A stretch of DNA of 64,000 nt from a bacterium (GTDB taxonomy: Bacteria > Patescibacteriota > Patescibacteriia > UBA1558 > UBA10009): assembly GCA_018672055.1 (NCBI GenBank), contig JABHGM010000001.1:608977-672976 (forward strand), given 5' to 3'. Below are positions 17,911 through 28,485 of this stretch, in pieces. A program made the position numbers and the translations under genes. Numbering within the stretch: the first letter of the stretch is position 1; each line of letters opens with the position of its first letter. The notes under the pieces are model-generated. The model was not told the origin of the DNA and made no database searches. It saw only the letters and a program-made list of their open reading frames with translations.

Positions 17911-18957
17911 TTAAGTATTTAAATTCCTAAGTGCTAAACCTATAGCTGTAGCGTAAGAAGCAACTTGATTTTCTGGTAACTTAACTTTATCTAAAGATAC
18001 ATTAGTTAAAGGATTTGTTAAATGTACTTTCATTTTAGTTTCTTTTGTTAAAAATGTATCTAAGTTTGGCATTTGTGATCCACCGCCAGTTAAGTATAGT
18101 TTTTTAATAGATTTTTGTGTTTTAAAATGCTCTTGATAGAAATAATTAGCTTCCCTTATTTTTTTAGCTATTTTTTTAATTTCAGGAGCTATTAATTTTT
18201 CTGAATAACCTTCTGCTTTAGATGAGTTTAAACCTAGGCTACGTTTTACTTTTTCTGCTTCTTTTGAAGTAATCTTTAATTGTTTTCTAATTATCTCAGT
18301 TAAACCATCACTAGAAAATGATAGTGATATAGTAAATGGAATAACATTATGAGCATAGATAAATAGACCGGTTCTTCTAGCACCAAGATCTAAAACCATA
18401 ACAGGTTCGGTTAATTTTTCTTTAAAAGAAAATATACTTCTAGCTAGTGTTACTGCTTCAATTTCTAATGAGCAGGGGACAAGATCAGAATTAGTTAGTA
18501 CTTCTTGATAATTATCAACTATTTCTTTAGGGCAAACACCGATTAAAACTTGTGTTTTATCTCTAGGATCTATATATTGCCAGTCTAGATATACTTCATT
18601 AATAGAATAGGGAATATGTTTTTTAGCTTCTTGAACTATTTCTTCTAATATATTTTTACCTTCAGGGTAATCTAAATTAATTAATTTTATAAATGTTTTT
18701 TGTTCTGGTAAACAAACGTTTGTTACTTTGCTAATTAATTTTTGTCCTGTTACATTATTAATTAACTTATCAATTATAACTTCTGCTTTTTTAGAATCTA
18801 CAATTTTTCCTTCTTTTAAAACACCTTTAGGTACTGCTTGATAACTAAAACTAACAAGTTTAATTTTCTTGTTTATTTTTTTTAATTGGACCAATCTAAA
18901 GGCTCTTTCACTAATATCTAATCCAAATGAATTATTTTTCATGCAAAGTGGTATCAT
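17911..18957 (-). CDS. pilM: Type IV pilus assembly protein PilM
   Basis: FGLDIS, LDLGARRT, LTGGGS, YATAIGLALR actin-like motifs. Confidence 0.92.
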   Translation of the reverse strand: MIPLCMKNNSFGLDISERAFRLVQLKKINKKIKLVSFSYQAVPKGVLKEGKIVDSKKAEVIIDKLINNVTGQKLISKVTNVCLPEQKTFIKLINLDYPEGKNILEEIVQEAKKHIPYSINEVYLDWQYIDPRDKTQVLIGVCPKEIVDNYQEVLTNSDLVPCSLEIEAVTLARSIFSFKEKLTEPVMVLDLGARRTGLFIYAHNVIPFTISLSFSSDGLTEIIRKQLKITSKEAEKVKRSLGLNSSKAEGYSEKLIAPEIKKIAKKIREANYFYQEHFKTQKSIKKLYLTGGGSQMPNLDTFLTKETKMKVHLTNPLTNVSLDKVKLPENQVASYATAIGLALRNLNT

Positions 18958-18959
18958 AT

Positions 18960-20165
18960 TTAATATTCTTCTTCCCAATGTTCAATATTAATTATTGGAG
19001 ATGTTTCTGGGGTACCTAATCCTCTACTTATTATAGCTTGATCATAGTTAATATTCAATGGTGCCCAGAAGTCATAAACACTTAAATTTCTTGTATAAAG
19101 TCCTCCATTTAATCCATAGCCAGTAAATATTGAAGATATTATTATTTCATCTGCTGCGTAAACTAAACCATCAATTTGAATGTCGTCAGAGAAGAAACCA
19201 AAAACTATTTTTCTCTTTGTTATGATCCCTGAAGGATCACTACCATTTGAATTAACAAATAAATCAGGATTACTCACCCAGAATGGCCAGAAACTAGTTC
19301 CTAGATTTATATTACCATCAGCTACTAACATACCATTTACAGTTAAATTATGTCCTTTTTTAATATCAATATTACCAGTAACATAGGTTATTCCGTCGAT
19401 TATCAAATTTGATGTTCCATCAAGTAAGTCATCAAATTCAGAACTTGTATATATATTGTCTGCTAAATTTTTATATGAATTTGGATCAGCTGAATCAAAA
19501 TCAATTCCAGGCATAGCAATAGTTTCTGGAGCAGGTGGATAATTATCAGCATTAAGGGTAGCTGCCTCTAAACTTGACGTCCAAGATACATTAATTTGAT
19601 CAACGGCAGAAGCATCACCAGCAATATCTAAAATGCTATAGAAGTTTGCTTCAATATCATTATTTGTAAATATACTTCCAGTTTGGACTTCTAGATTAGC
19701 TCCAAAGTAAGTCATAGAATCATCAGTATACATAACAACATCATCTATTGCTGATTCACTAGTTGCTTGAAACACTTTTGTTTTTACGATTCTTTGAGTA
19801 CTGGCTCTGTCTGTAGTAATTACAGCGACAGAGCTAATTTCTGCTTCTGCTAAACCTGTATTATCTATACTTACTAAGTAATATGAGTTAGGGATAAATG
19901 GATTATTTCTTAAAAGAGATTCTGACCAAGTTGGATTTGTTTTAAAACTTGTTTGCCATGTAGGATCATTTTTTATTTTCCATAATGCTTCATTAATTCC
20001 TGCTTCTGCTAAATAATATGTTTCAGTTGCTAAGTTTTGACTATGAGCTAATTTTGAATCAGTGACTATGAATGAAAGAAAATAAAAAACCATTAAAAAA
20101 AGTATAGCTATTATTATGGTAATAGTTGCTAAAACATAGCCTGATTGTTTTTTCATTTTATTCAT
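18960..20165 (-). CDS. PilX-like large minor pilin
   Basis: QSG/YVLAT prepilin lacking Glu5; YYLAEAGINEA; C-terminal WEE. Confidence 0.8.
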   Translation of the reverse strand: MNKMKKQSGYVLATITIIIAILFLMVFYFLSFIVTDSKLAHSQNLATETYYLAEAGINEALWKIKNDPTWQTSFKTNPTWSESLLRNNPFIPNSYYLVSIDNTGLAEAEISSVAVITTDRASTQRIVKTKVFQATSESAIDDVVMYTDDSMTYFGANLEVQTGSIFTNNDIEANFYSILDIAGDASAVDQINVSWTSSLEAATLNADNYPPAPETIAMPGIDFDSADPNSYKNLADNIYTSSEFDDLLDGTSNLIIDGITYVTGNIDIKKGHNLTVNGMLVADGNINLGTSFWPFWVSNPDLFVNSNGSDPSGIITKRKIVFGFFSDDIQIDGLVYAADEIIISSIFTGYGLNGGLYTRNLSVYDFWAPLNINYDQAIISRGLGTPETSPIINIEHWEEEY

Positions 20166-20167
20166 AA

Positions 20168-20749
20168 CTATTCTCTTGAATTTCTACCCCAAACACTACT
20201 ATATATATGTTCATTAATATTATTTTTAGTAAGCCATACTTCAATATTAGTAAAGTCTTCACCATAGAAAGCTATATTTGAAATATATTCTGCAATTATT
20301 TTATTATCAGTAACAATAGATTCTGGTGGCTCTAAAAATTGATCAACAGCGTCCCAGTAAACAAATGTACCAGGTTCCTCAGAAAAATAATAAGTTATCC
20401 GTTGTCTATATAGATCAGTGCCACTTAAATAATATCTTAAGTATTGTATATCAGGTACACCATGGCCATCTTGGAATTGAAATTCCGTTGGCGGATCAAA
20501 ACCTTCAACTCCTTTACTTTCAGGTAGGGGTGTTACAATATCTTGAGATTGCCTTATTTCACGAGTAATTCTATCTATTATTATCCTGCCATTTTGCAAA
20601 AGCTCCATTTTTGTATTACTGGTATTAAATGATTTTTGTGAGAGTAAATACAGATCATAGACTATGAAAAATATAACAATACTTAAAGAAACAGTTAACA
20701 TGACTTCAATTAAAGTAAATCCTATATTTTTCTTAGACTTTTTTATCAT
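20168..20749 (-). CDS. PilW-like minor pilin
   Basis: G/FTLIE prepilin motif; DRITREIRQ. Confidence 0.85.
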   Translation of the reverse strand: MIKKSKKNIGFTLIEVMLTVSLSIVIFFIVYDLYLLSQKSFNTSNTKMELLQNGRIIIDRITREIRQSQDIVTPLPESKGVEGFDPPTEFQFQDGHGVPDIQYLRYYLSGTDLYRQRITYYFSEEPGTFVYWDAVDQFLEPPESIVTDNKIIAEYISNIAFYGEDFTNIEVWLTKNNINEHIYSSVWGRNSRE

Positions 20750-21165
20750 AAATGCGAATTAAGTGTTCTTATAGTTAAGGTAGTATTTTCACCAGTCATT
20801 ATATTTATCCAAACAATATCTGTTTCAATTAGTTTTAAACCAAGGTCTGTTTGAGTTTCATTTAAGCTACTATCTAAGTATTTTACTCTGGTAATTCTTT
20901 TAAATTCACTAAAATCATTATCAATAGTTGATAATGATTCCTCTATAACTGTACCTACATTAATTTGTTCATATCCTTGGCTAATTAACTCTTCTATCTT
21001 TGCTTGAGCAAAGTTAACAGCTAGTGTTTTTTGTTCTGATTGTTTGGTAGCATTCATACCAAAAGGAAATAACCTAACAATACTAAAAACAGCTACAGAT
21101 AATATACTGAGAGCTACTAAAACTTCTAATAAAGAAAATCCCTTATTGTTCTTGCCAATTAACAT
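20746..21165 (-). CDS. PilV-like minor pilin
   Basis: G/FSLLE prepilin motif; AQAKIEEL. Confidence 0.85.
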   Translation of the reverse strand: MLIGKNNKGFSLLEVLVALSILSVAVFSIVRLFPFGMNATKQSEQKTLAVNFAQAKIEELISQGYEQINVGTVIEESLSTIDNDFSEFKRITRVKYLDSSLNETQTDLGLKLIETDIVWINIMTGENTTLTIRTLNSHL

Positions 21166-21589
21166 AGCCTGATGGTTTTATATCTACTAAAGTTGTTATT
21201 TCTGCATGTAAGTGAGTTATGAAAACTTGTCCTGCGTAATCTACTCCTCCGCCAAAGTTAAATGAAACTTCATTATCTTGGATACCAGTGTTACTAGCAA
21301 AGTAAACTGTTTCATCTAATGCATATGTTTCTATAGTTACGTCAGGATCTCCAATTTTTACTAAAGAGTAAGAATTATTTAGCGGTGTAATTATAATCGC
21401 ATATTTAATTTGTTCAGTTACTGTATATTGTTGAGCTATTTTTAAATGAGAAATAAACTGTTTAGTACTACTTTTTATTTCTAAATTCTGAGTATAGTTT
21501 TTAAATGTAGGAAATGAAATTAAAGAAACCGTTGCTATAACAATTATAACGGCGATTATCTCAGCTAAAGTGAAGCCTTTTTTATTCAT
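21143..21589 (-). CDS. FimT/GspH-like minor pilin
   Basis: G/FTLAE prepilin motif; FN..G. Confidence 0.85.
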   Translation of the reverse strand: MNKKGFTLAEIIAVIIVIATVSLISFPTFKNYTQNLEIKSSTKQFISHLKIAQQYTVTEQIKYAIIITPLNNSYSLVKIGDPDVTIETYALDETVYFASNTGIQDNEVSFNFGGGVDYAGQVFITHLHAEITTLVDIKPSGYVNWQEQ

Positions 21590-21590
21590 A

Positions 21591-22727
21591 TTATTGAAAT
21601 TGTTCAGTCAAATTATACATTGGCATTATAATAGCAAGAGCCATAAAGGCTACAGCACCACCTAGAAGTAACATTAAAATTGGTTCAATTATAGAAGGTA
21701 GAGATTTCATAATGCGATCTATTTCATCTTCATAGAATGAAGCAAGTTCACCCAATATTTCATCTATTTTTCCTGTTTGTTCACCTGTTGATATCATTTG
21801 AATAATAACTGGTGGAAATAGTATTTCATATTCTGATAAAGCATCTGATATATTAACTCCTTCTTTAAGCTTTATAGCTGATTCCTGCATAGCTTTCTTA
21901 TAATGATAATTAGAGAGTGTTTCTGAGGTAATTTCAAATGTTTTAACAATTGGAATATCTGTTTTAATTAAAGAGCTAAGAGTTCTAGTAAATTTAGCTA
22001 GATTAATTTTTTTTATAATAGCTCCAAAGACAGGTATTCTAAGTAAAACGTAATGAAATATTTTTTTACCTTTTTTAGATTTAATAAATGATATAAATAA
22101 GCTAATGAAACCAATAAAGCCTAGAGCTGTTATTAAACCATTATTTACAATAGCGTCAGAAAAGTTTATTAAAAACCTTGTAGCAAAAGGAAGTTCAGCG
22201 TTCATTTGGTCAAAAATGGCAGTAATTTTAGGAATAACAAAAACTAGCATACCAATACCAATTCCAGTCATGGCAATAATAACAATTATTGGATAAGTCA
22301 TTGCTGATCTAATCCTACTTTTTAATTCATTTGAAGTTTTTATTTGAATATATATTTGATCTAAGACTTCATCTAAGTGCCCTGAAATTTCTCCAGATTC
22401 AATCATACTGACAATTAGGTTATTGAAGATGCCTTTATTTTTTTTTAAACTTTCTGTCAAAGAAACGCCTTTTTCTGTATCTTTGTAAAGATTAAATAAT
22501 AATTTTTTAAATTTTTTATTTTTAGTTTGTTGAGATAGTGTTTTTAATGCTTTATCTAAAGGTAAGCCACTTTTAACCATTACTTTAAGATTTTGCATGA
22601 AAAATTGCTTATCTTTATTTGAGATAGTTGATATTTCTGATAATGAGTTATATAGCTTTTTTAGAAAAGGTGTTTTTTTACCAGTTTTCTTTTCTTTTTT
22701 TTCAACTTGTTGTAAATCTATTGCCAT
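21591..22727 (-). CDS. pilC: Type IV pilus platform protein PilC (GspF family)
   Basis: SGLPL..AL, GEISGHLD, AMTYP, GEQTG..D, IEP. Confidence 0.93.
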   Translation of the reverse strand: MAIDLQQVEKKEKKTGKKTPFLKKLYNSLSEISTISNKDKQFFMQNLKVMVKSGLPLDKALKTLSQQTKNKKFKKLLFNLYKDTEKGVSLTESLKKNKGIFNNLIVSMIESGEISGHLDEVLDQIYIQIKTSNELKSRIRSAMTYPIIVIIAMTGIGIGMLVFVIPKITAIFDQMNAELPFATRFLINFSDAIVNNGLITALGFIGFISLFISFIKSKKGKKIFHYVLLRIPVFGAIIKKINLAKFTRTLSSLIKTDIPIVKTFEITSETLSNYHYKKAMQESAIKLKEGVNISDALSEYEILFPPVIIQMISTGEQTGKIDEILGELASFYEDEIDRIMKSLPSIIEPILMLLLGGAVAFMALAIIMPMYNLTEQFQ

Positions 22728-24452
22728 TTATTCTTGAGTTACTCTTAAGACTTCTTCAATAGCTGTAATGCCTTGAAGGGCTTTCATGAAGCCGTCTTGA
22801 GTTAGAGTTAAATTATTTTCTTTAAGATGTTGTTTTTCAATTTCTTCAGCTGTTGCTTTATGAGCAATTAAATCTGAAATAGCTAATGTATTTTCCATTA
22901 CTTCATATATTCCTGTTCTACCTTTGTAACCTGAATCATTACATTGCTTACAACCTTTTCCTTTATAGAATAATACTTTTTCAAATGAATTATTCTTTTT
23001 AGATAGCAGACCTTGTTCAGTTAAAAATACTTGCATTGATTCTAAATCGAAATGTCTTTTTAACTGTTCAACTACTTTTTTATCTAAGTTATAGCTAATA
23101 ATACAATTTTTACATATTTTTCTAACTAGTCTTTGAGCTAAAACACAATTTAGAGTAGTACTTACTAAAAATGGTTGAATACCCATATTTAACATTCTTT
23201 GAGGTGTCGAAGCTACGTCATTAGTATGTAAGGTAGATAATACTAAATGACCTGTCATCGATGCATTAATGGCAATTTCTGCTGTTTCTTTATCTCTAAT
23301 TTCACCAACCATAATAATATCTGGATCTTGTCTTAAAAGAGATCTGAGCCCTGCTGCAAAAGTAAAATCAATCTTAGGATTTACTTGACTTTGATTAATT
23401 CTTGGCATTCTGTATTCAATGGGGTCTTCAACAGAAGAAATATTTACTTCAGGCTTATTCAAAACATTCATAATGGTATAGAGAGTAGTAGTCTTACCAG
23501 AACCAGTAGGACCAGTTACTAGTATCATGCCATGAGGCTTTTCAATATTAGTTTTTAAAATTTTAAATGGTTTTTCTTGGAGTCCAAGTTGTTCTAAATT
23601 TAAAGCTTTAACTGATTCATTAAGCAATCTCATAACAACTTTTTCACCATCAAATACTGGAATTATTGAAACTCTAAAAGCAACTTTATATTGTTGATTA
23701 GCTATTTTAAACCTACCGTCTTGAGGTAATCTATGTTCATCAAGTTTTAAGTTAGATAGTACTTTAATTCTAGCTACAATACCTGATCTAACAGATTTAG
23801 GTAAATTCATAACGTCTCTTAACATACCATCAACTCTATATCTAACAACAACATCTTTTTCAGTTGGTTCAATATGAATATCTGAAGCTTCTTCAAAAAT
23901 TGCATATTCTAGTAAAGTATCAACAATTCTAATAACAGGTAAGTCTTGAGCCAACTCTTTTAAATTCTTTTTACCTTTTTCTGATTCTTTTTCATCAGTA
24001 ATATTTTTAAATTCAGCTTCTATACTTTGATGATATTGTTTTATACCTTCTTTAAATGATTTAGGAGTTGTTAAGTGTAATTTTAAATTTGTTTCCAATT
24101 TCTTTTTAAGAAACTCAATTGTTTGTAAATCAGTGGGATCAGTAGTAGCAATACTAATACCCATAGCGTCTTTATTAAATGCTAATATTTCATGGGTTTG
24201 AGCAATTGGTTCGGGTATTAAAAATAAGACATCTTTTCTAATAGTCTCATTCTTTAGTTTAATTAGTGGAAGTTTATAGAAAGCAGCTAATTGTGAATAC
24301 AAGCTATCTATATTTACTAAATCTTTTTCAATAATATAATCAAAAAGTTTTTCTTTTTCTTTCTTAGCTTCATTCTTAGCTTTTTCTAAAGCTTCTTTTT
24401 CAATTAAATCATTTTTTAGTAAAATGTTTTCTAATTTTTTATCTTCTATCAT
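22728..24452 (-). CDS. pilB: Type IV pilus assembly ATPase PilB (GspE family)
   Basis: ASDIHIEP, GPTGSGKTTT, LRQDPD, GEIRD, tetracysteine motif. Confidence 0.95.
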   Translation of the reverse strand: MIEDKKLENILLKNDLIEKEALEKAKNEAKKEKEKLFDYIIEKDLVNIDSLYSQLAAFYKLPLIKLKNETIRKDVLFLIPEPIAQTHEILAFNKDAMGISIATTDPTDLQTIEFLKKKLETNLKLHLTTPKSFKEGIKQYHQSIEAEFKNITDEKESEKGKKNLKELAQDLPVIRIVDTLLEYAIFEEASDIHIEPTEKDVVVRYRVDGMLRDVMNLPKSVRSGIVARIKVLSNLKLDEHRLPQDGRFKIANQQYKVAFRVSIIPVFDGEKVVMRLLNESVKALNLEQLGLQEKPFKILKTNIEKPHGMILVTGPTGSGKTTTLYTIMNVLNKPEVNISSVEDPIEYRMPRINQSQVNPKIDFTFAAGLRSLLRQDPDIIMVGEIRDKETAEIAINASMTGHLVLSTLHTNDVASTPQRMLNMGIQPFLVSTTLNCVLAQRLVRKICKNCIISYNLDKKVVEQLKRHFDLESMQVFLTEQGLLSKKNNSFEKVLFYKGKGCKQCNDSGYKGRTGIYEVMENTLAISDLIAHKATAEEIEKQHLKENNLTLTQDGFMKALQGITAIEEVLRVTQE

Positions 24453-24552
24453 AATGTTGACAATAATTAATATAAATTATACCATAATATTTCAGATTTC
24501 GCTACAGCTATCTCTTAATAAATTTGTGAATATCTGTTATAATATACATATC

Positions 24553-24921
24553 ATGAAAGATACATTTTTAGACACTTTATTTAATTTTTTTTCTAAACCA
24601 ATACTTTATTGGCCTTTTTTAATTTCTTTGATTTTAAATATATTAATTTGGATAATCCTATTAATTAAAGTTCCTGTATCAGGAAGTGGTATTCCATTAC
24701 ATTATAATATATATTTTGGTATTGATTGGTTTGGTTCCTGGGTAATGGTATTTACTTATCCTTTTGTTGGTATTTTAATTATAATAATTAACTTTTTAAT
24801 ATCATTAAAATTACAACTTAAAGAAGTTTTTTTAACTAAGCTGATTGGATTCTTTAATATATTAATACAACTAATTTTATTACTTGGTATAGCTACTCTT
24901 TTACTAAATTATTTTAAATAA
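24553..24921 (+). CDS. Three-TM membrane protein (PLHYNIYFGID motif)
   Basis: Start moved to ATG 24553 just after TGtTATAAT; heads the mraY operon. Confidence 0.75.
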   Translation: MKDTFLDTLFNFFSKPILYWPFLISLILNILIWIILLIKVPVSGSGIPLHYNIYFGIDWFGSWVMVFTYPFVGILIIIINFLISLKLQLKEVFLTKLIGFFNILIQLILLLGIATLLLNYFK

Positions 24922-24923
24922 AT

Positions 24924-25976
24924 ATGATTGAAAACTTTGAAGTTATAAAAATATTTATTCTGTCTATTATCTCATTTGTAGTAGCTATTTTATTTACACC
25001 TATTTTAACTCACTATTTGTATAAGTATAAGATAGGTAAGAGAATTAGAAATTCTAAGAAAGCACCAATTTTTTTAAAACTTCATAAGAAAAAAGAAGGC
25101 ACACCAACAATGGGTGGTATTATTATTTGGTTAACAGTTTTAATTTTAGCTTTAACTTTTTATTATCTACCAAAGATATTTCAATTTGAATTTCTTCAAA
25201 ATTTTAACTTTCTAACTAGAAGTGAAACATTATTACCACTTGGTGCTTTAATTGCTACAGCTATTATTGGTTTAATTGATGATTTACTTGGTGTAAAAGG
25301 CATTGGTGTTCATGGCGGAGGTTTGTCAGTAAAGATTAAATTATTAATCTATACTTTAATTGCTAGTTTTGGAGCTTACTGGTTTTACTTTAAATTAGAC
25401 TGGGATGTTTTACATGTACCATTTTTCGGTTCTTTTGAAATTGGCTTATGGTATATCCCTATATTTATTTTTATTATCGCCGCTACATCTTTTTCAGTTA
25501 ATGAAACTGATGGTTTAGACGGCTTAGCAGGTGGTGTTTTGTTAACATCATTTGCTTCATACGGAACTATTGCATTTTTGCAAGGTAAATTTGAACTAGC
25601 TGCATTTTGTGCAGTGATTATAGGGGCCTTAACTGCATTTCTCTGGTTTAATATAAATCCAGCTCGTTTTATTATGGGGGATACTGGTTCAATGTCTCTG
25701 GGTATTACTCTAGGTATTGTAGCTATGCTTACTAATATGGTTCTATTATTACCAGTTATTGGCTTTATCTTCGTTATAGAATCATTATCAGTAATAATTC
25801 AATTAACTCATAAAAGATTATTTAAAGGTAAAAAATTATTTAAATCTACACCTATTCATCATCATTTTGAAGCGATTGGTTGGTCTGAACCTAAAATAGT
25901 AATGAGATTTTGGTTAATCTCTGGCTTTACTTCTGTAATTGGTTTAATAATATTTTTACTTGATAATGTTTGGTAA
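24924..25976 (+). CDS. mraY: Phospho-N-acetylmuramoyl-pentapeptide transferase
   Basis: KEGTPTMGG, DD, N.TDGLDGL, MGDTGS, PIHHHFE. Confidence 0.96.
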   Translation: MIENFEVIKIFILSIISFVVAILFTPILTHYLYKYKIGKRIRNSKKAPIFLKLHKKKEGTPTMGGIIIWLTVLILALTFYYLPKIFQFEFLQNFNFLTRSETLLPLGALIATAIIGLIDDLLGVKGIGVHGGGLSVKIKLLIYTLIASFGAYWFYFKLDWDVLHVPFFGSFEIGLWYIPIFIFIIAATSFSVNETDGLDGLAGGVLLTSFASYGTIAFLQGKFELAAFCAVIIGALTAFLWFNINPARFIMGDTGSMSLGITLGIVAMLTNMVLLLPVIGFIFVIESLSVIIQLTHKRLFKGKKLFKSTPIHHHFEAIGWSEPKIVMRFWLISGFTSVIGLIIFLLDNVW

Positions 25977-25982
25977 TAAGTT

Positions 25983-27326
25983 ATGTTTCAAGATTTAAAA
26001 GATAAAAATATTCACATAGTAGGTATTTCAGGAACAGAGGGTAGTAGCCTTGCTCTTTTTTTTATAAATCAAAATTTTAAGAATTTAACAGGTCATGATT
26101 TTAGCACTAAAGCAAATTTTAGAAAAAATTACATAAATTATCATAAAGAAGTTAGTTTAAAAAAAATAAAGAGTGATTTAAAAAAGTTAAATGGTATTAA
26201 AATAAATTATAATAAAAATTATTTAAAAGATTTAAATGAAGCTGATTTTATCTTAGTACCATCTTCTTGGTTTAGATATAAATGTAATAATAAGTTGAAA
26301 AAGTATAGTAAGAAGAAATATTTTTGGAATTGGTATAATTTATTACTTCATTATTACCAAGGTACATTTATAGGAATAACTGGCACAGCTGGTAAAGGTA
26401 CTACAACTAATTTAATATTTAAGATATTAAAAAAATCTAAAAAGAATGTTATCCAAGTGGGGGAGAGTTGGCAAGAAATTGATTTTAATAAAATATTTAA
26501 AGCAGATAGTAAATCATATTTAGTTGCTGAGTTATCAAATAGAACTTTAACCTTTGCTTCTAAAGTAAAAAGAAGTCCAGACTTAGCAGTTATTACAAAT
26601 ATTACTAAGAATCATTTAGATGATCATCAAGGTTCATTTAATAAGTATTACAAAACTAAATTAGATATTTCAAAATATCAAACTAAGGATAATATATTAT
26701 TTTTAAATAATAAATTAAAAGGAATTAAAACAAAAGCTAAAAAAATATATTTTTCATTTAATAATGTAGTAGTTAAGAATAAGAATTTAATCGGAGAACA
26801 TTTATTATCTGATGTAGCTGCTGCTGAATTAGTAGCTAAAGCATTAAAAATTAGTAAACAGAATATAAATAAAGGTTTAAACAGTTTTAAAGCAAGAAGC
26901 GGCCGTTTAGAATATATTGGAAGTAAAAATGGAGTAAATTTGATTAATGATGCAGCTTCAACTAGACCTGAAGCTACAATATTTGCTGTTAAATCATTTC
27001 CAAAAGGAAAAGTTAATTTAATTTTAGAAGGTTCAAGATATAAGTTAGATGTAAAACAATACTTACTATTAATTGATACAGTTAAAAGATATAAGGTGAG
27101 AAATGTAGCGCTTAGTGGACAAATTACTAGATTATTATATTCAATGCTAAAAAAAGAATCTATTAATGTAGTTAAAACAAAAAGTTTATTAGATTCAATT
27201 AAACAATTATATAAGCTATCAGAAAAAGGTGATTATCTATTATTATCACCAAGTGCTGAGAGTTTTGGAGAATTTAAAGATTATAGAGGTAGAATTGAGC
27301 TATTTAATAAATATTTTAAAAAATGA
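25983..27326 (+). CDS. murD: UDP-MurNAc-L-Ala:D-Glu ligase (divergent)
   Basis: GITGTAGKGTTT, ELS, NIT.NHLD.H, GRLE, ND..ST, LLSP...SF..F..Y..R. Confidence 0.85.
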   Translation: MFQDLKDKNIHIVGISGTEGSSLALFFINQNFKNLTGHDFSTKANFRKNYINYHKEVSLKKIKSDLKKLNGIKINYNKNYLKDLNEADFILVPSSWFRYKCNNKLKKYSKKKYFWNWYNLLLHYYQGTFIGITGTAGKGTTTNLIFKILKKSKKNVIQVGESWQEIDFNKIFKADSKSYLVAELSNRTLTFASKVKRSPDLAVITNITKNHLDDHQGSFNKYYKTKLDISKYQTKDNILFLNNKLKGIKTKAKKIYFSFNNVVVKNKNLIGEHLLSDVAAAELVAKALKISKQNINKGLNSFKARSGRLEYIGSKNGVNLINDAASTRPEATIFAVKSFPKGKVNLILEGSRYKLDVKQYLLLIDTVKRYKVRNVALSGQITRLLYSMLKKESINVVKTKSLLDSIKQLYKLSEKGDYLLLSPSAESFGEFKDYRGRIELFNKYFKK

Positions 27327-28483
27327 AAAAAAAGCTAAAAAAGAAACTTAAAAGTTTATTAATGTATCCATTCGCTCATTCATCATTTGAGCATAAACCT
27401 GATTTTGTTTTAATAATAACTTTAGGCGTTTTAACTTTTGTCGGGCTACTTCTGTTATCATCTGCTAGTTCTGTTCAAGCATTTCAAAAATTTAATGATA
27501 GTTATTACTTTTTAAAGAATCAGGTTATAAGAGGCTTAATACCAGGTATTATTGCTTTTTTTATTGTCTCACGTATTGATTTTAGAAAATGGAAAGGTTT
27601 AGCTTTTTGGATGTTAATTGGCTCTATTGCCTTACTTATTTTAGTTTTCATACCAGGCATTGGCGTTTCCTATGGTAAAGCGCAAAGTTGGATAAGTGTC
27701 TTTGGTTTTTCATTTCAACCAACTGAGATTGTTAAATTAACTTTTTTAATATATTTAGCTACTTGGCTAGCTAAAAAAGATGAACATCAAATAAAAGATT
27801 TTGAATATAGTTTTTTACCTTTTCTTTTTGTTTTAGGTGTTATAGTATTTTTAATTTTAGCTCAACCTGATCTTGGAACTTTAATTGTAATTTTAGCTAT
27901 TTCATTTATGGTTTACTTTGCGGCAGGGGCGCCTTGGAAACATATCTTAGCCTTAGTTGGTGGTGGAGTAATTATATTATTTATTGCTATTCAAATTGCG
28001 CCATATAGATTAGATAGAATTACAGCATTTTTTAATCCTGGAATTGACCCGCAAGGTTCTAGTTATCATATTACACAGGCAAAACTTGCTATTGGTTCTG
28101 GCGGTATGTTTGGTATGGGTATGGGTAAATCAAGACAGAAATTTAATTATTTACCTGAAGTATCAGGCGATTCAATATTTGCAGTTATTGCCGAAGAAAT
28201 GGGCTTTTTCTTTGCTGTAGCTATACTACTTTCCTTTTTAACTATAATGATACGTGGTTTTAAAATCGCGAGGGGTTCACCTGACAATTTTGGTAAGCTT
28301 TTAGCTATTGGTATTACCAGCTGGATTTCTTTTCAAGCATTTGTTAATATTGCAGCAATGGTAGGACTTTTGCCTTTAACAGGCATTCCTTTGCCTTTTA
28401 TTAGCTACGGTGGTACAGCTTTGACCATATTATTACTAGCTTCTGGAATACTAGTAAATATTTCCAAACAAACAAAAAATTAA
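27323..28483 (+). CDS. ftsW: SEDS peptidoglycan polymerase FtsW
   Basis: FQPTE..K, QPDLGT, LPE...DSIF...AEE.G, PLTGIPLPFISYGG. Confidence 0.94.
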   Translation: MKKKLKKKLKSLLMYPFAHSSFEHKPDFVLIITLGVLTFVGLLLLSSASSVQAFQKFNDSYYFLKNQVIRGLIPGIIAFFIVSRIDFRKWKGLAFWMLIGSIALLILVFIPGIGVSYGKAQSWISVFGFSFQPTEIVKLTFLIYLATWLAKKDEHQIKDFEYSFLPFLFVLGVIVFLILAQPDLGTLIVILAISFMVYFAAGAPWKHILALVGGGVIILFIAIQIAPYRLDRITAFFNPGIDPQGSSYHITQAKLAIGSGGMFGMGMGKSRQKFNYLPEVSGDSIFAVIAEEMGFFFAVAILLSFLTIMIRGFKIARGSPDNFGKLLAIGITSWISFQAFVNIAAMVGLLPLTGIPLPFISYGGTALTILLLASGILVNISKQTKN

Positions 28484-28485
28484 TT

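Noticed and set aside
16560-24452. Type II secretion system or novel pilus
   Set aside because: Ordinary CPR type IV pilus gene set; absence of secretin, PilT and major pilin here is unremarkable for one window
25983-27326. murD as a pseudogene or new ligase because of the GTAGKG P-loop
   Set aside because: ORF intact with the other MurD motifs and the expected position between mraY and ftsW
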